A stretch of DNA of 27,553 bases from a virus (lineage: Duplodnaviria > Caudoviricetes): the IMG/VR virus record IMGVR_UViG_3300027728_000069, positions 1 through 27,553 of that record; one strand, written 5' to 3'. Position numbers and translations under genes: made by a program. Shown piece by piece: positions 16,908-25,678 of the stretch (position 1 is the stretch's first letter; each line of letters begins with the position of its first letter). The notes beneath the pieces are model-generated. The model had not been told where the DNA came from. It worked only from the letters and a program-made list of their open reading frames with translations, and searched no databases.

Positions 16908-19900
16908 ATGGCGGTTAATACAAATGTTTCCCCTTACTTTGACGACTTCAATGAAACTAAAAATTTCATGCGAGTGTTGTTTAAGCCCGGTGTTGCAGTA
17001 CAAGCCAGGGAATTGACACAATCACAAACTATTCTGCAAAATCAGATTAAAAAAGTAGGCGACTATTTATTTTCAGATGGTGATAAAGTAACCGGCCCTA
17101 AACCTTCAGTAAATTTAGATGTAAGAACAATACGTCTAAAAACATCTGATTCTAGAAATGTTCCTATCACTCTTTCAAATTATTTAAACACTTATGTAAG
17201 AGCAGAAAATTCAGAGGTGATAGGATATGTAGAATTTATATATGAGGCAGACGATCCTGTTATTGGAGATCCTCCATCTCTTGTTGTTACTTTGAAAAGA
17301 TTTAATACCATAAACGATGGTATGTTTGATGAAGAAACCGAATTATATTTTTATACTGACTATACAGCTGCTCTTAATTTAGAAACTCCCAACTACACAG
17401 CAATAACCGTAGCGGATATTACAAAGAATGCTGCAAGTACAACTAAACAATATTCTACAACTGTAATTTTAACAAATCCAAGTACAATTATTGAGGTTGG
17501 CGATTTATTAGTTCACCCGTCATTAACCAAAAAAGTTTATGTAACACAAATAGTAAACCCACTAGAATTAATTATAAGTGAAGCACCCGATGTTACTATA
17601 GGTGGAGAAAATATTTCTTATGTTAAGAAAGCAGTTTGTCCTACATCTATTCTTACACAGGATTCTGCAGTATTTTACAAATATGGATTTTTTGTAACAT
17701 CTACAATACAAAAGGTAGTGCCCGATAAAAATACAGCATACCCTACTCGTTTAGTTGCTTTTTTAAGCGATCAACAAATTATCACCAGTGAAGATGATCC
17801 AACATTATTAGATCCTGCATTGGGCAGTTCTAATTATTTTGCGTCAGGTGCAGATAGATTAAAAGTAGATTTAAATCTATCTAGTTTAGAGTTAAACGCA
17901 GATTTTAAACCAAACGTAAAAGAAGATTTAGTTCCTTTACTAAATTTTAATAAAGGTGAAATTGAGTATCTAAAAGAACTAACAAACGATAGCGTCCTTG
18001 AACAAAAATTAGCAGAAAGAACTTTTGACGAGTCTGGAAGCTATATTGTTGATAATTTCCAAATTACTCCAGTTAATGGATTGGAATCAGATGCAACAAT
18101 GACATTTAAAGTTAGTGCAGGCAAAGCATATGTCGGAGGATATCCGGTTGTTACTGTTGGCCCAACCGAAATAACTGTTCCAAAATCTGCAACTACAGAA
18201 ACAAAAACATCTTATAATATTAATACTACACAAAGTAATTATTTTAAAGTATCAAATGTTTTATATTCTTTAATCCCACCTCAGACATTTACTGCAAGTC
18301 GTAACTTTTTGGAATTGCATAATACAAGAAATCCAACCTCAGCAAATACAAGAGTAGGAACAATTGCATTCAAATCTTTAGAATATGATAGTTCTCTTGG
18401 AACAGATACACAACATAAATTGTATTTTCAATTCTATTCTCCAACGCGAGAAGTGCCTCCAACTTGGGCAGCGTGGTCAACAGTATATAAAATACCTGTG
18501 GATGAGGGTCAGTATATAGCAAACATACTATATACAAATAATTCGTTATTAGGAAACTATGGACCAGCATCAACTCCATATTATGGTTTATTTAGAGAAC
18601 CTGACACTGGAGGGGTTGCGTTTTGGTGGAGAGTATGGGACACCAATGGTAGAGATATAACAAATCTTAAAGAAATATTTGTAAGTAGCTCAAGCGGCCT
18701 CGGCGAGCCTGATCGCTCAAGAATTTTAACAAACAGTAAATCGTATCTTGAAGTAATAAACAATAGCCCATTTTATGATGGTTTCTTAGATGTTACTAAA
18801 ATAAAAAGTATTGTCGGTGTATCAAATGAATTAACTTCTCAAGGAACATCTGCGACGTATAATACGCCATTCTTTTATTCTGATATTTCAGATCCAAATG
18901 GTTTTCAATCAAACGGCGTTACAAAAATATTCGATCCAAATCCTGCACAGCGATTAGTATATCCAATTAGAAAAGATTTTGTTAAAACTGTTCAAAACAT
19001 AAAAACAGAATATATTAAAGTAATTACCAACGCTATATTTTCATCTGGAGTATATTCGAGAACGCTATCTCTTCCCGAGTCATTTGCACTTGGAGATGGA
19101 ACTATCCCTGCGAGTACTGCAAGATCTCATTTCACAATATTGGTTAAATCTGGTGCAACCGCTAACATTAAATTAGGAGCATTTAATTTTGAAAGAGGAT
19201 CGGTTATTGTTGCTGGATCTGCAGCAACAGTAACTATTAATGTAGGCGATGCAGGATTTAATGGTTTAGCGGATATATCTTTGCGTATACAAAACGACGA
19301 TACACAGATAAGAACTAAAACACGGGTAAAGAATGCTGCAAAGATTTTAGATATAAAAGTTGCCGATCTTGCATACTCTATGGGCATTTCGGATATTATA
19401 GATTACAAAGGCATATTCCCAATAACTCCTAGTAGATATAGAGGTACTTGGAATTCATCAACATCATACACATACAATGATATTGTTACATATGGCGAAT
19501 TGCCATATACAGCATTAATTCCATCATCCAATGTTTCGGTTGCATATGGTAACGCCTGGTCGGCAATTCAAAGAGAAAATTCAGGAAACTTTTCATTAGA
19601 TATTGGACAACGAGATGAGATATATGACCACGGCACAGTAAAATACATTGGCCCAACTGCTGATTTGCCAGGAAATGTTATAATAACGTTTGATTATTTT
19701 ACACATTCAGGCGAAGGACCATTGACCGTAAATTCTTATCCGGCAAGTCTATATGGTAGCATTCCTACTTATACTTCAGTTACTGATTCTAATAAATTTG
19801 CTTTACGAGATTGTATCGATTTTAGACCAAGAAGAAAAAACGACGAGGATTATCAAAATTTTGATACTGCTGTTATCCCTACAAGTACAGTTACTACTGA

Positions 19901-21599
19901 AGTAGATGTTACATATTATCTAGGAAGAATGGATAGAATATATGTAACTAATAATTTACAAAACTATGCTTCGCCTTATAATAAGTTTTATGTGGAAACA
20001 GGAGTAGATAGTACAAACGTGGGTGTAATTGAAGAGTATTCTTCAGATTTAACAAAATTAAGTATCGCAACTTTACAAATTCCTCCATATTCTGTATCTG
20101 CGTTTGAAGTCATAATAAGATATGAAGACAATAGACGCTATACAATGAAGGACATTGGAAAAATAGATAAACTAACTATTAAATTAGATAAAGCTGTTAA
20201 GTTACATAGTGTAGAAATTGCACAAATCAAATCTATTATCACAAATGACAACGGAGAAAGTTTATTAAAATCAGGAATACTAGTTGAAACTTTTGCTAGT
20301 ACAGATAAGGCAGATTTAGCAAGCGGATATTTTACATCTGTAATTAATAAGAACCAACGAGTATGCTATCCTGGTTCAGATGTTTACAACGTTGATCTTG
20401 AATTATTAAGTGATGACGATGTGGCAATTTTTAATGATATTATTACGAAAAAATATGTAGAAGAAGTATTTGTGGCCCAACTTGAAGCAAACTCTTTAGT
20501 AAATCCAAATCCTGGTGCAATTAATGATGGCAGAGGAAGATCTAAACTAAGTAAACAAAATTCTTTTAGTGTTAACTTATTAACAACAGGTGGATTATTA
20601 CTAACGGGATATGTTGCATATCAAACATATCAGGCATTGGTATTAGGAGAAGCCGTTCGATCTGCAGCATTTGCTGGAGGTACGGGATTTATGGCAGGAG
20701 GGGTTGTTGGTGGCACAGGAGGAGTTACGTTTGCAGAAGCGGCAGCAGTTAATGGAGAAGGAGTATTATCTGTTGCATGGGGATCTATGAAGGATCTTGG
20801 ATATTCTGTATACGATTCGCTATTTGGTATAGATGCCGCATCTAAAGTTCTAGCAGTTCCAGGTGCTGTGGCAACAGAAGCATCAGTAACAGGCGCCGTA
20901 ACAAGCTTAGTAAATGGTGGTTCTTATACAATAATGGAACTTGCTCCTTTAGCCGAAGGCGGTGGAGCAATAGCATCTAGTGCACAAGTTGTTGAGGTTT
21001 GGGGAGGTATAGCAGCAGAAGCAGGAATTGCAACAACAGAAATTGCGGCAGGTTCAAGCGCGGTTGCATCAGTTGTTGTAGGTGGAGGTGAAGCCGCATT
21101 AGCTAGTTCGGGATTTGCTGAAATTTGTTTAGCGTCAGATTATGCGGTTGCGGGATCCTCGGTAAGTGGCGGCGCAGGTATTTTGTCCAGTGCAACAACG
21201 TTATTTTATGAAGGCGCAGCCGCAGTTGAAGGTGCGGGTGTAGCGTTAGGTTTAGAACTTGGATCTACAGGATTGCTTGCATTTGAAATTGTTGCTGCCG
21301 TTGCGATTGCTTACGCAGCAGTCGAAGTTGTGTCTTGGATAGACGATACGCTTTTCGGTGGATTCTTCGGGAATCTATTATCAGATGAACGAATGAAAGA
21401 AAATATAAAACTCGAAACAACTTTACCAAATGGATTAAATCTATATTCATTCGAATATAAGAAAGAATTTAAACATATAGCAGGTCAAGGAAGATGGCTT
21501 GGATTTATGGCAAATGAAGTGGAAGTATTATATCCAAATGCTGTTAAGATTATGCCAAATGGATATAAAGCAGTTAACTATAACTTAGTAGGAATTTAA
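16908..21599 (+). CDS. VrlC/DUF4815-like large virion structural protein, N-terminal part, ending in a Gly/Ala hydrophobic segment and a peptidase S74 (intramolecular chaperone) domain
   Basis: NTNVSPYFDDFNETKNFMRVLFKPGVAVQARELTQSQTILQNQ, GADRLK, LAERTFDESGSY, GKAYVGGY, LRDCIDFRPR, NRRYTMKDIG; C-terminal SDERMKENIK...GFMANEVEVLYPNAV...AVNY. AAGGA SD upstream. Confidence 0.88.
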   Translation: MAVNTNVSPYFDDFNETKNFMRVLFKPGVAVQARELTQSQTILQNQIKKVGDYLFSDGDKVTGPKPSVNLDVRTIRLKTSDSRNVPITLSNYLNTYVRAENSEVIGYVEFIYEADDPVIGDPPSLVVTLKRFNTINDGMFDEETELYFYTDYTAALNLETPNYTAITVADITKNAASTTKQYSTTVILTNPSTIIEVGDLLVHPSLTKKVYVTQIVNPLELIISEAPDVTIGGENISYVKKAVCPTSILTQDSAVFYKYGFFVTSTIQKVVPDKNTAYPTRLVAFLSDQQIITSEDDPTLLDPALGSSNYFASGADRLKVDLNLSSLELNADFKPNVKEDLVPLLNFNKGEIEYLKELTNDSVLEQKLAERTFDESGSYIVDNFQITPVNGLESDATMTFKVSAGKAYVGGYPVVTVGPTEITVPKSATTETKTSYNINTTQSNYFKVSNVLYSLIPPQTFTASRNFLELHNTRNPTSANTRVGTIAFKSLEYDSSLGTDTQHKLYFQFYSPTREVPPTWAAWSTVYKIPVDEGQYIANILYTNNSLLGNYGPASTPYYGLFREPDTGGVAFWWRVWDTNGRDITNLKEIFVSSSSGLGEPDRSRILTNSKSYLEVINNSPFYDGFLDVTKIKSIVGVSNELTSQGTSATYNTPFFYSDISDPNGFQSNGVTKIFDPNPAQRLVYPIRKDFVKTVQNIKTEYIKVITNAIFSSGVYSRTLSLPESFALGDGTIPASTARSHFTILVKSGATANIKLGAFNFERGSVIVAGSAATVTINVGDAGFNGLADISLRIQNDDTQIRTKTRVKNAAKILDIKVADLAYSMGISDIIDYKGIFPITPSRYRGTWNSSTSYTYNDIVTYGELPYTALIPSSNVSVAYGNAWSAIQRENSGNFSLDIGQRDEIYDHGTVKYIGPTADLPGNVIITFDYFTHSGEGPLTVNSYPASLYGSIPTYTSVTDSNKFALRDCIDFRPRRKNDEDYQNFDTAVIPTSTVTTEVDVTYYLGRMDRIYVTNNLQNYASPYNKFYVETGVDSTNVGVIEEYSSDLTKLSIATLQIPPYSVSAFEVIIRYEDNRRYTMKDIGKIDKLTIKLDKAVKLHSVEIAQIKSIITNDNGESLLKSGILVETFASTDKADLASGYFTSVINKNQRVCYPGSDVYNVDLELLSDDDVAIFNDIITKKYVEEVFVAQLEANSLVNPNPGAINDGRGRSKLSKQNSFSVNLLTTGGLLLTGYVAYQTYQALVLGEAVRSAAFAGGTGFMAGGVVGGTGGVTFAEAAAVNGEGVLSVAWGSMKDLGYSVYDSLFGIDAASKVLAVPGAVATEASVTGAVTSLVNGGSYTIMELAPLAEGGGAIASSAQVVEVWGGIAAEAGIATTEIAAGSSAVASVVVGGGEAALASSGFAEICLASDYAVAGSSVSGGAGILSSATTLFYEGAAAVEGAGVALGLELGSTGLLAFEIVAAVAIAYAAVEVVSWIDDTLFGGFFGNLLSDERMKENIKLETTLPNGLNLYSFEYKKEFKHIAGQGRWLGFMANEVEVLYPNAVKIMPNGYKAVNYNLVGI

Positions 21600-23321
21600 A
21601 TGGAAGAACAAATACAAGAATCGACACGATTATCCGACATACCCGTTTTCGCGGGATCGGAATTACTTGCATTTGGTGTATCTCAAATGCCACCAAATAT
21701 TGCGATATACACATATGTAAATGGTGTTAATATTTCCCCCTTTACTGGTCCAGGTAGTGCTGGTGCAGTATTAGGAGACGCTGTAATAACAGATCAACAA
21801 GGAAATGCTTCGGGTTGGTTATACATACCAAGTACAGAAGGACAATATAAATTTTTAACAGGTGAAATACGTCTTACGTTTGGGGATAGTCCAAATGGCA
21901 TAGAAAATTGTAAGTATATTTCAGAATCCATTTTAATGAATCATGGATTAGACCTTGTGGATACTGAACAAGGTGGAACAATTTCTTTAAGAAGAACTGA
22001 AAAATTTAGAACAGATCCCCAAGGATCATCTGGAGATGTAAATACTACACAAGCAAGATTAGATCCTTTAGCACAAACTTTTGTCGTAGATGCAACTAGA
22101 TATCCCCTTGGGCTCTTTATGACTGGGGTTAACCTATACATTTATACTAAAGACGATGCTCTTCCATTGGCAGTTGAATTAAGACCAATGAGTAATGGCA
22201 AGCCTTCGACTACAGAATATTTTAATGGATCCTTTGTGTTAAAACAACCTGCAAGTATAAATGCAGCGGATCCTACAGCAGGAACAACACTAGCAACTGC
22301 TTTTATATTTGACCATCCTATTTATTTGACGCCTGGAGAATATGCATTTTGCGTAACAACAAAATCTGATAAGTATGAATTATTATCAGCAAAGGCGGGA
22401 GATGGTAAAACTGTTAAACAACCTTTTGCTGGTACTCTATTTAAACCACAGAACACAGGCGAATGGGTGGGAGATAATACAGAAGATTTAACCTTTGTTT
22501 TAAGAAAAGCAAAATTTGAAACAGGATCTTCCACATTTACAGTACAAACGAAAGCTCTCAATAATTTAGAATTTAATAGATTGCGCTTATTAAGTACTGA
22601 AGTTAATTTTGGGGATACCGCAGGCGTCACATACAAAGTACAAACAACGCAAGCAGGCACTGGACTTGCATCGGAATTTAAAGAAGTTGCCGCAGGAGAT
22701 CTAGCAAAAGTTATAGGAAGACAACGGGCAAGAGAAGTTGGCGATATTAAAGTCCAAGTTACTATGACTACTAAAAATGCAGACGTCTCTCCTATGTTAG
22801 ATAAGCAACTTTTAAAAGGACAAATATTTAATACTAGAATATTGCCTTATTCTGCAGATGTATCAAATACGGAATTAAAACCAAATCATGGAACTGCAAG
22901 ATCAAGGTATATAAGTAAAGTTGTAAGTTTAGATCAAGACTTTGATTCTACAGGATTAGAAGTTAAGGTCGATGTTAATAGAAAAATTGGTACGGATATA
23001 GAAGTTTTTGCAAGAGTATTGGGCAGAAACGACTCCGGATTTTCTACAGGAATTAAAGGTAGACCATGGACAAGAATACCGCTGGTTGCACCTGCAATAA
23101 AATCTTTTGCTGGCGTAAATGAGCGATTATTTACTACAGAAACATATAGAGTATTGGAGCCGGGATTAGTATATCAAAATACTGCAAACGTTGCAACCAA
23201 TGCATCCGTTACTGGTACATTTAAAGACTTTTCTCAATATCAAGTTAAAATAGTATTCTATGCAAACGACCCTTCAATATTGCCGAAAATAAAAAATTTA
23301 GTAGCAACATCTTTATTATAA
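21600..23321 (+). CDS. VrlC/DUF4815-like virion protein, C-terminal part
   Basis: DPLAQTFVV, LFMTGVNLY...KD, VELRPMSNGKP, PIYLTPGEYAFCV, GTLFKPQN...W...EDLTFVLRKAKF, RYISKVVSL and YQVKIV...PKIKNL are motifs that normally end VrlC-like proteins. Confidence 0.82.
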   Translation: MEEQIQESTRLSDIPVFAGSELLAFGVSQMPPNIAIYTYVNGVNISPFTGPGSAGAVLGDAVITDQQGNASGWLYIPSTEGQYKFLTGEIRLTFGDSPNGIENCKYISESILMNHGLDLVDTEQGGTISLRRTEKFRTDPQGSSGDVNTTQARLDPLAQTFVVDATRYPLGLFMTGVNLYIYTKDDALPLAVELRPMSNGKPSTTEYFNGSFVLKQPASINAADPTAGTTLATAFIFDHPIYLTPGEYAFCVTTKSDKYELLSAKAGDGKTVKQPFAGTLFKPQNTGEWVGDNTEDLTFVLRKAKFETGSSTFTVQTKALNNLEFNRLRLLSTEVNFGDTAGVTYKVQTTQAGTGLASEFKEVAAGDLAKVIGRQRAREVGDIKVQVTMTTKNADVSPMLDKQLLKGQIFNTRILPYSADVSNTELKPNHGTARSRYISKVVSLDQDFDSTGLEVKVDVNRKIGTDIEVFARVLGRNDSGFSTGIKGRPWTRIPLVAPAIKSFAGVNERLFTTETYRVLEPGLVYQNTANVATNASVTGTFKDFSQYQVKIVFYANDPSILPKIKNLVATSLL

Positions 23322-23322
23322 A

Positions 23323-23529
23323 ATGAATAAAACTTATGTACCTATAGAAGGCGAATCTGGATTTTCTAAAGATCCTTATAGCCATGCTATTGTAAACACT
23401 GATAGACATGCATTAATTGAATATAAGCAAAAGAAAAAAATATCATCTCAAATTCAGTCAATGCAAGAGGAAATAAATATGTTGAAATCGGAACTTGAAA
23501 CAATCAAATCACATTTAAAGTTAAGTTAA
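23323..23529 (+). CDS. Small conserved T4-like hypothetical protein (coiled-coil C-terminus)
   Basis: IEGESGFSKD..SHAIVNTD...EY...EINMLKSELETIK.HL resembles the small ORF typically found after VrlC-like genes; tight spacing with neighbours. Confidence 0.75.
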   Translation: MNKTYVPIEGESGFSKDPYSHAIVNTDRHALIEYKQKKKISSQIQSMQEEINMLKSELETIKSHLKLS

Positions 23530-23533
23530 AGTT

Positions 23534-25144
23534 ATGCCAGCATCAAAAAATCTATCAAACGTAAATGTAGGATCTGTCGCCAATTCTGGAGAAGGAGATC
23601 TACTTCGCGATGCCTTTATTAAAGTAAATAATAACATCAATGGTCTTTACTCTGGAGGACAACATTTAGGGTATTCTAACGATTCTAAGTTGGCGCCAGC
23701 ATTTACTTTTGACGGTGATAGAGATACTGGTATGTATCATCCTGCTCAAGGTCAAATTGGGTTTGCTTTAAATGGAGCTGAAGGATTAACATTAAATGAA
23801 AATGGAACAATTAAATGGTTTACTAAACCATTGGCCACTCAAGAATATGTTACTGCTTTACTAACAAATTTTACTGGCGGCATTAGTGCAGCAAATATTA
23901 GTGTATCGACAGGCGGGGGAAGCGCAAACGTAACAATAAACGGAATTCCTGTAGTATCTTCCTTGCCCGCAGTTGGCAATCAGTCTGGAAGAATTGTATT
24001 TTACGCAGGAGACGTTTGGATATATTCTAGTTATCCTACAGGTAATGGCACAGGATTGCCTGCAGATGCATCTATTGCAAGAGCGGCAGGTTCAGATTCT
24101 CGATGGGTTAGATTTAGAAGTGATACTGCATTCCAAGTAGGATTGGTAAAACCTCAAACCGCACCAGAAGGCACAGTATTTTATGAGACATCAAATACTA
24201 AACCATATTTGTTTGTATCGGGGCAATGGAGAACTCTTTCAAGTGTGGTCACATCTAGTGCACCTTCTGGGTTAGAAGTATTATTAACTGTTCCTTTGAC
24301 AAATGATCCTTCTAATTATTCTGGAAGAACGATTGTTGTCGGTAATTATGCTTATATCTTTACTAGTGGTTCTTGGAAATTATTAAGTGACTACGTAGGT
24401 GGTTCAGGAAGTGGGCAACCACCATCGAGCGGAACTTTACCTGCAACAGCAAATGCATTCGAATTATATAGAAAAACAGGAACAAATGCAGGATTGTATA
24501 TCTACAATACTGGCACATGGAATACAATACAACAATATACTGCAAACGTAGGTACGGCAAGAATAAAAACAGTAACTTCTTTACCATCAGATGTATCAGT
24601 ATATAATCCCGGTGATTTAATTATATTGAACGGTGTGACTTATATTTTAAGAGAAGATAAGTCATCTTGGGCATTCTTTACACCTGGCGGAGTAGGCGGC
24701 ACAATTACTGGCATTGCGTTAAACGCAGGGCAAGTTAGTAATGTAGAGCTTGCTTCAAATTCTGTTATATTTGGAAAAATTGCATCTAATGTTATTTTAG
24801 GATTAAACCTAACTCCTGAAACTATAACATCTAGAGAAATTGCTAACAGTTCTATCAATTCATTTAAACTATCAGCAAACGCTGTTACCTCTGGCAAAAT
24901 ACAATCAGGTTCTATAACTGATAGAGAAATTGCAAGTAATTCTATAAGTGGTGCTAAAATTACTACAGGAACTATTGGTAGATCACAACTTGCGCCAAAT
25001 ATATTTACTGGCGTATCCGTTAGTGCAAACACATTGTCAGAAATATCTCAAAATGCTGGCACTATAACAGCAGGTATATTTAGATCGACTGACGGTAGAA
25101 TGATAATAGATTTGAACAGCAAATATATTAGAATTGAACTATGA
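23534..25144 (+). CDS. Tail fibre / baseplate-attached protein with gp9/gp10-type N-terminal anchor
   Basis: N-terminal NVGSVANSGEGDLLRDAFIKVNNN; FTFDGDRDTGMY fibre motif; five internal repeats; decapeptide repeats; C-terminal LSEISQNAGTITAG. Confidence 0.75.
   Translation: MPASKNLSNVNVGSVANSGEGDLLRDAFIKVNNNINGLYSGGQHLGYSNDSKLAPAFTFDGDRDTGMYHPAQGQIGFALNGAEGLTLNENGTIKWFTKPLATQEYVTALLTNFTGGISAANISVSTGGGSANVTINGIPVVSSLPAVGNQSGRIVFYAGDVWIYSSYPTGNGTGLPADASIARAAGSDSRWVRFRSDTAFQVGLVKPQTAPEGTVFYETSNTKPYLFVSGQWRTLSSVVTSSAPSGLEVLLTVPLTNDPSNYSGRTIVVGNYAYIFTSGSWKLLSDYVGGSGSGQPPSSGTLPATANAFELYRKTGTNAGLYIYNTGTWNTIQQYTANVGTARIKTVTSLPSDVSVYNPGDLIILNGVTYILREDKSSWAFFTPGGVGGTITGIALNAGQVSNVELASNSVIFGKIASNVILGLNLTPETITSREIANSSINSFKLSANAVTSGKIQSGSITDREIASNSISGAKITTGTIGRSQLAPNIFTGVSVSANTLSEISQNAGTITAGIFRSTDGRMIIDLNSKYIRIEL
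24746..25000 (+). repeat. Protein-level ~10-aa repeats (K/E-I-A-S-N-S-I-T-x-x), about 8 copies
   Basis: ELASNSVIFG KIASNVILGL NLTPETITSR EIANSSINSF KLSANAVTSG KIQSGSITDR EIASNSISGA KITTGTIGRS QLAPN. Confidence 0.85.
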
Positions 25145-25677
25145 CAACTAATGTTTTTTGGGCAGGGACTACTGGAAGAAAAAAGGTAGTATCTATCTTT
25201 AATAATCCTACGGGGCAAACAGGTAGTAATTTGCCATTAACAAATCCAACACAATATTTGGATCGTGTTTATTTTGATACTAGATTTGATTATTTAAACA
25301 TTCTTTGGCAAACAGATTTTGTACAAAGCTTTCCATCGGTTAGTATAAACCCTATAGTATATAGTGAAGGATTTCCAGACGGGTTAGAAACTCCAAATCA
25401 AAATACAGTAACACACACAGTTGCTATACATGGGTTTGGTTATATACCTGCAGCAATACTAGTGGATTATGATACTCGAGAAATAGTTTCATCTACAACA
25501 TATATACAATCAGTAAATAGTACGTCATATAGAATTGCATCATTATTAATGGATACTCAAAATTTTTACATCAGAGAACGATATTTAGCATATCAAAGTT
25601 CATTGCCATCTATAACAAGACGATATACTCTATTAGCATTTAGTAATCAAGCCGACGTACCAGCATTTATAGCATAA
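25141..25677 (+). CDS. Hypothetical protein, probable fibre-tip associated
   Basis: 178-aa beta-rich ORF with an ATGA overlap with the fibre gene; motifs PLTNPTQYLDRVYFDTRFDYL and HGFGYIP. Confidence 0.7.
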   Translation: MTTNVFWAGTTGRKKVVSIFNNPTGQTGSNLPLTNPTQYLDRVYFDTRFDYLNILWQTDFVQSFPSVSINPIVYSEGFPDGLETPNQNTVTHTVAIHGFGYIPAAILVDYDTREIVSSTTYIQSVNSTSYRIASLLMDTQNFYIRERYLAYQSSLPSITRRYTLLAFSNQADVPAFIA

Positions 25678-25678
25678 A

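Noticed and set aside
14113-21602. Stop-codon readthrough or recoded genetic code at the in-frame TAA-ATG joins of split gp7 and VrlC
   Set aside because: The same junction occurs between clearly separate genes (gp25/gp6, gp2/gp54), TAA is the main stop, and all genes are intact in the standard code.
23472-23479. AATAAATA inside the 68-aa gene as late promoter for the fibre gene
   Set aside because: Plausible, but intragenic and imperfect in an AT-rich sequence; not supportable alone.
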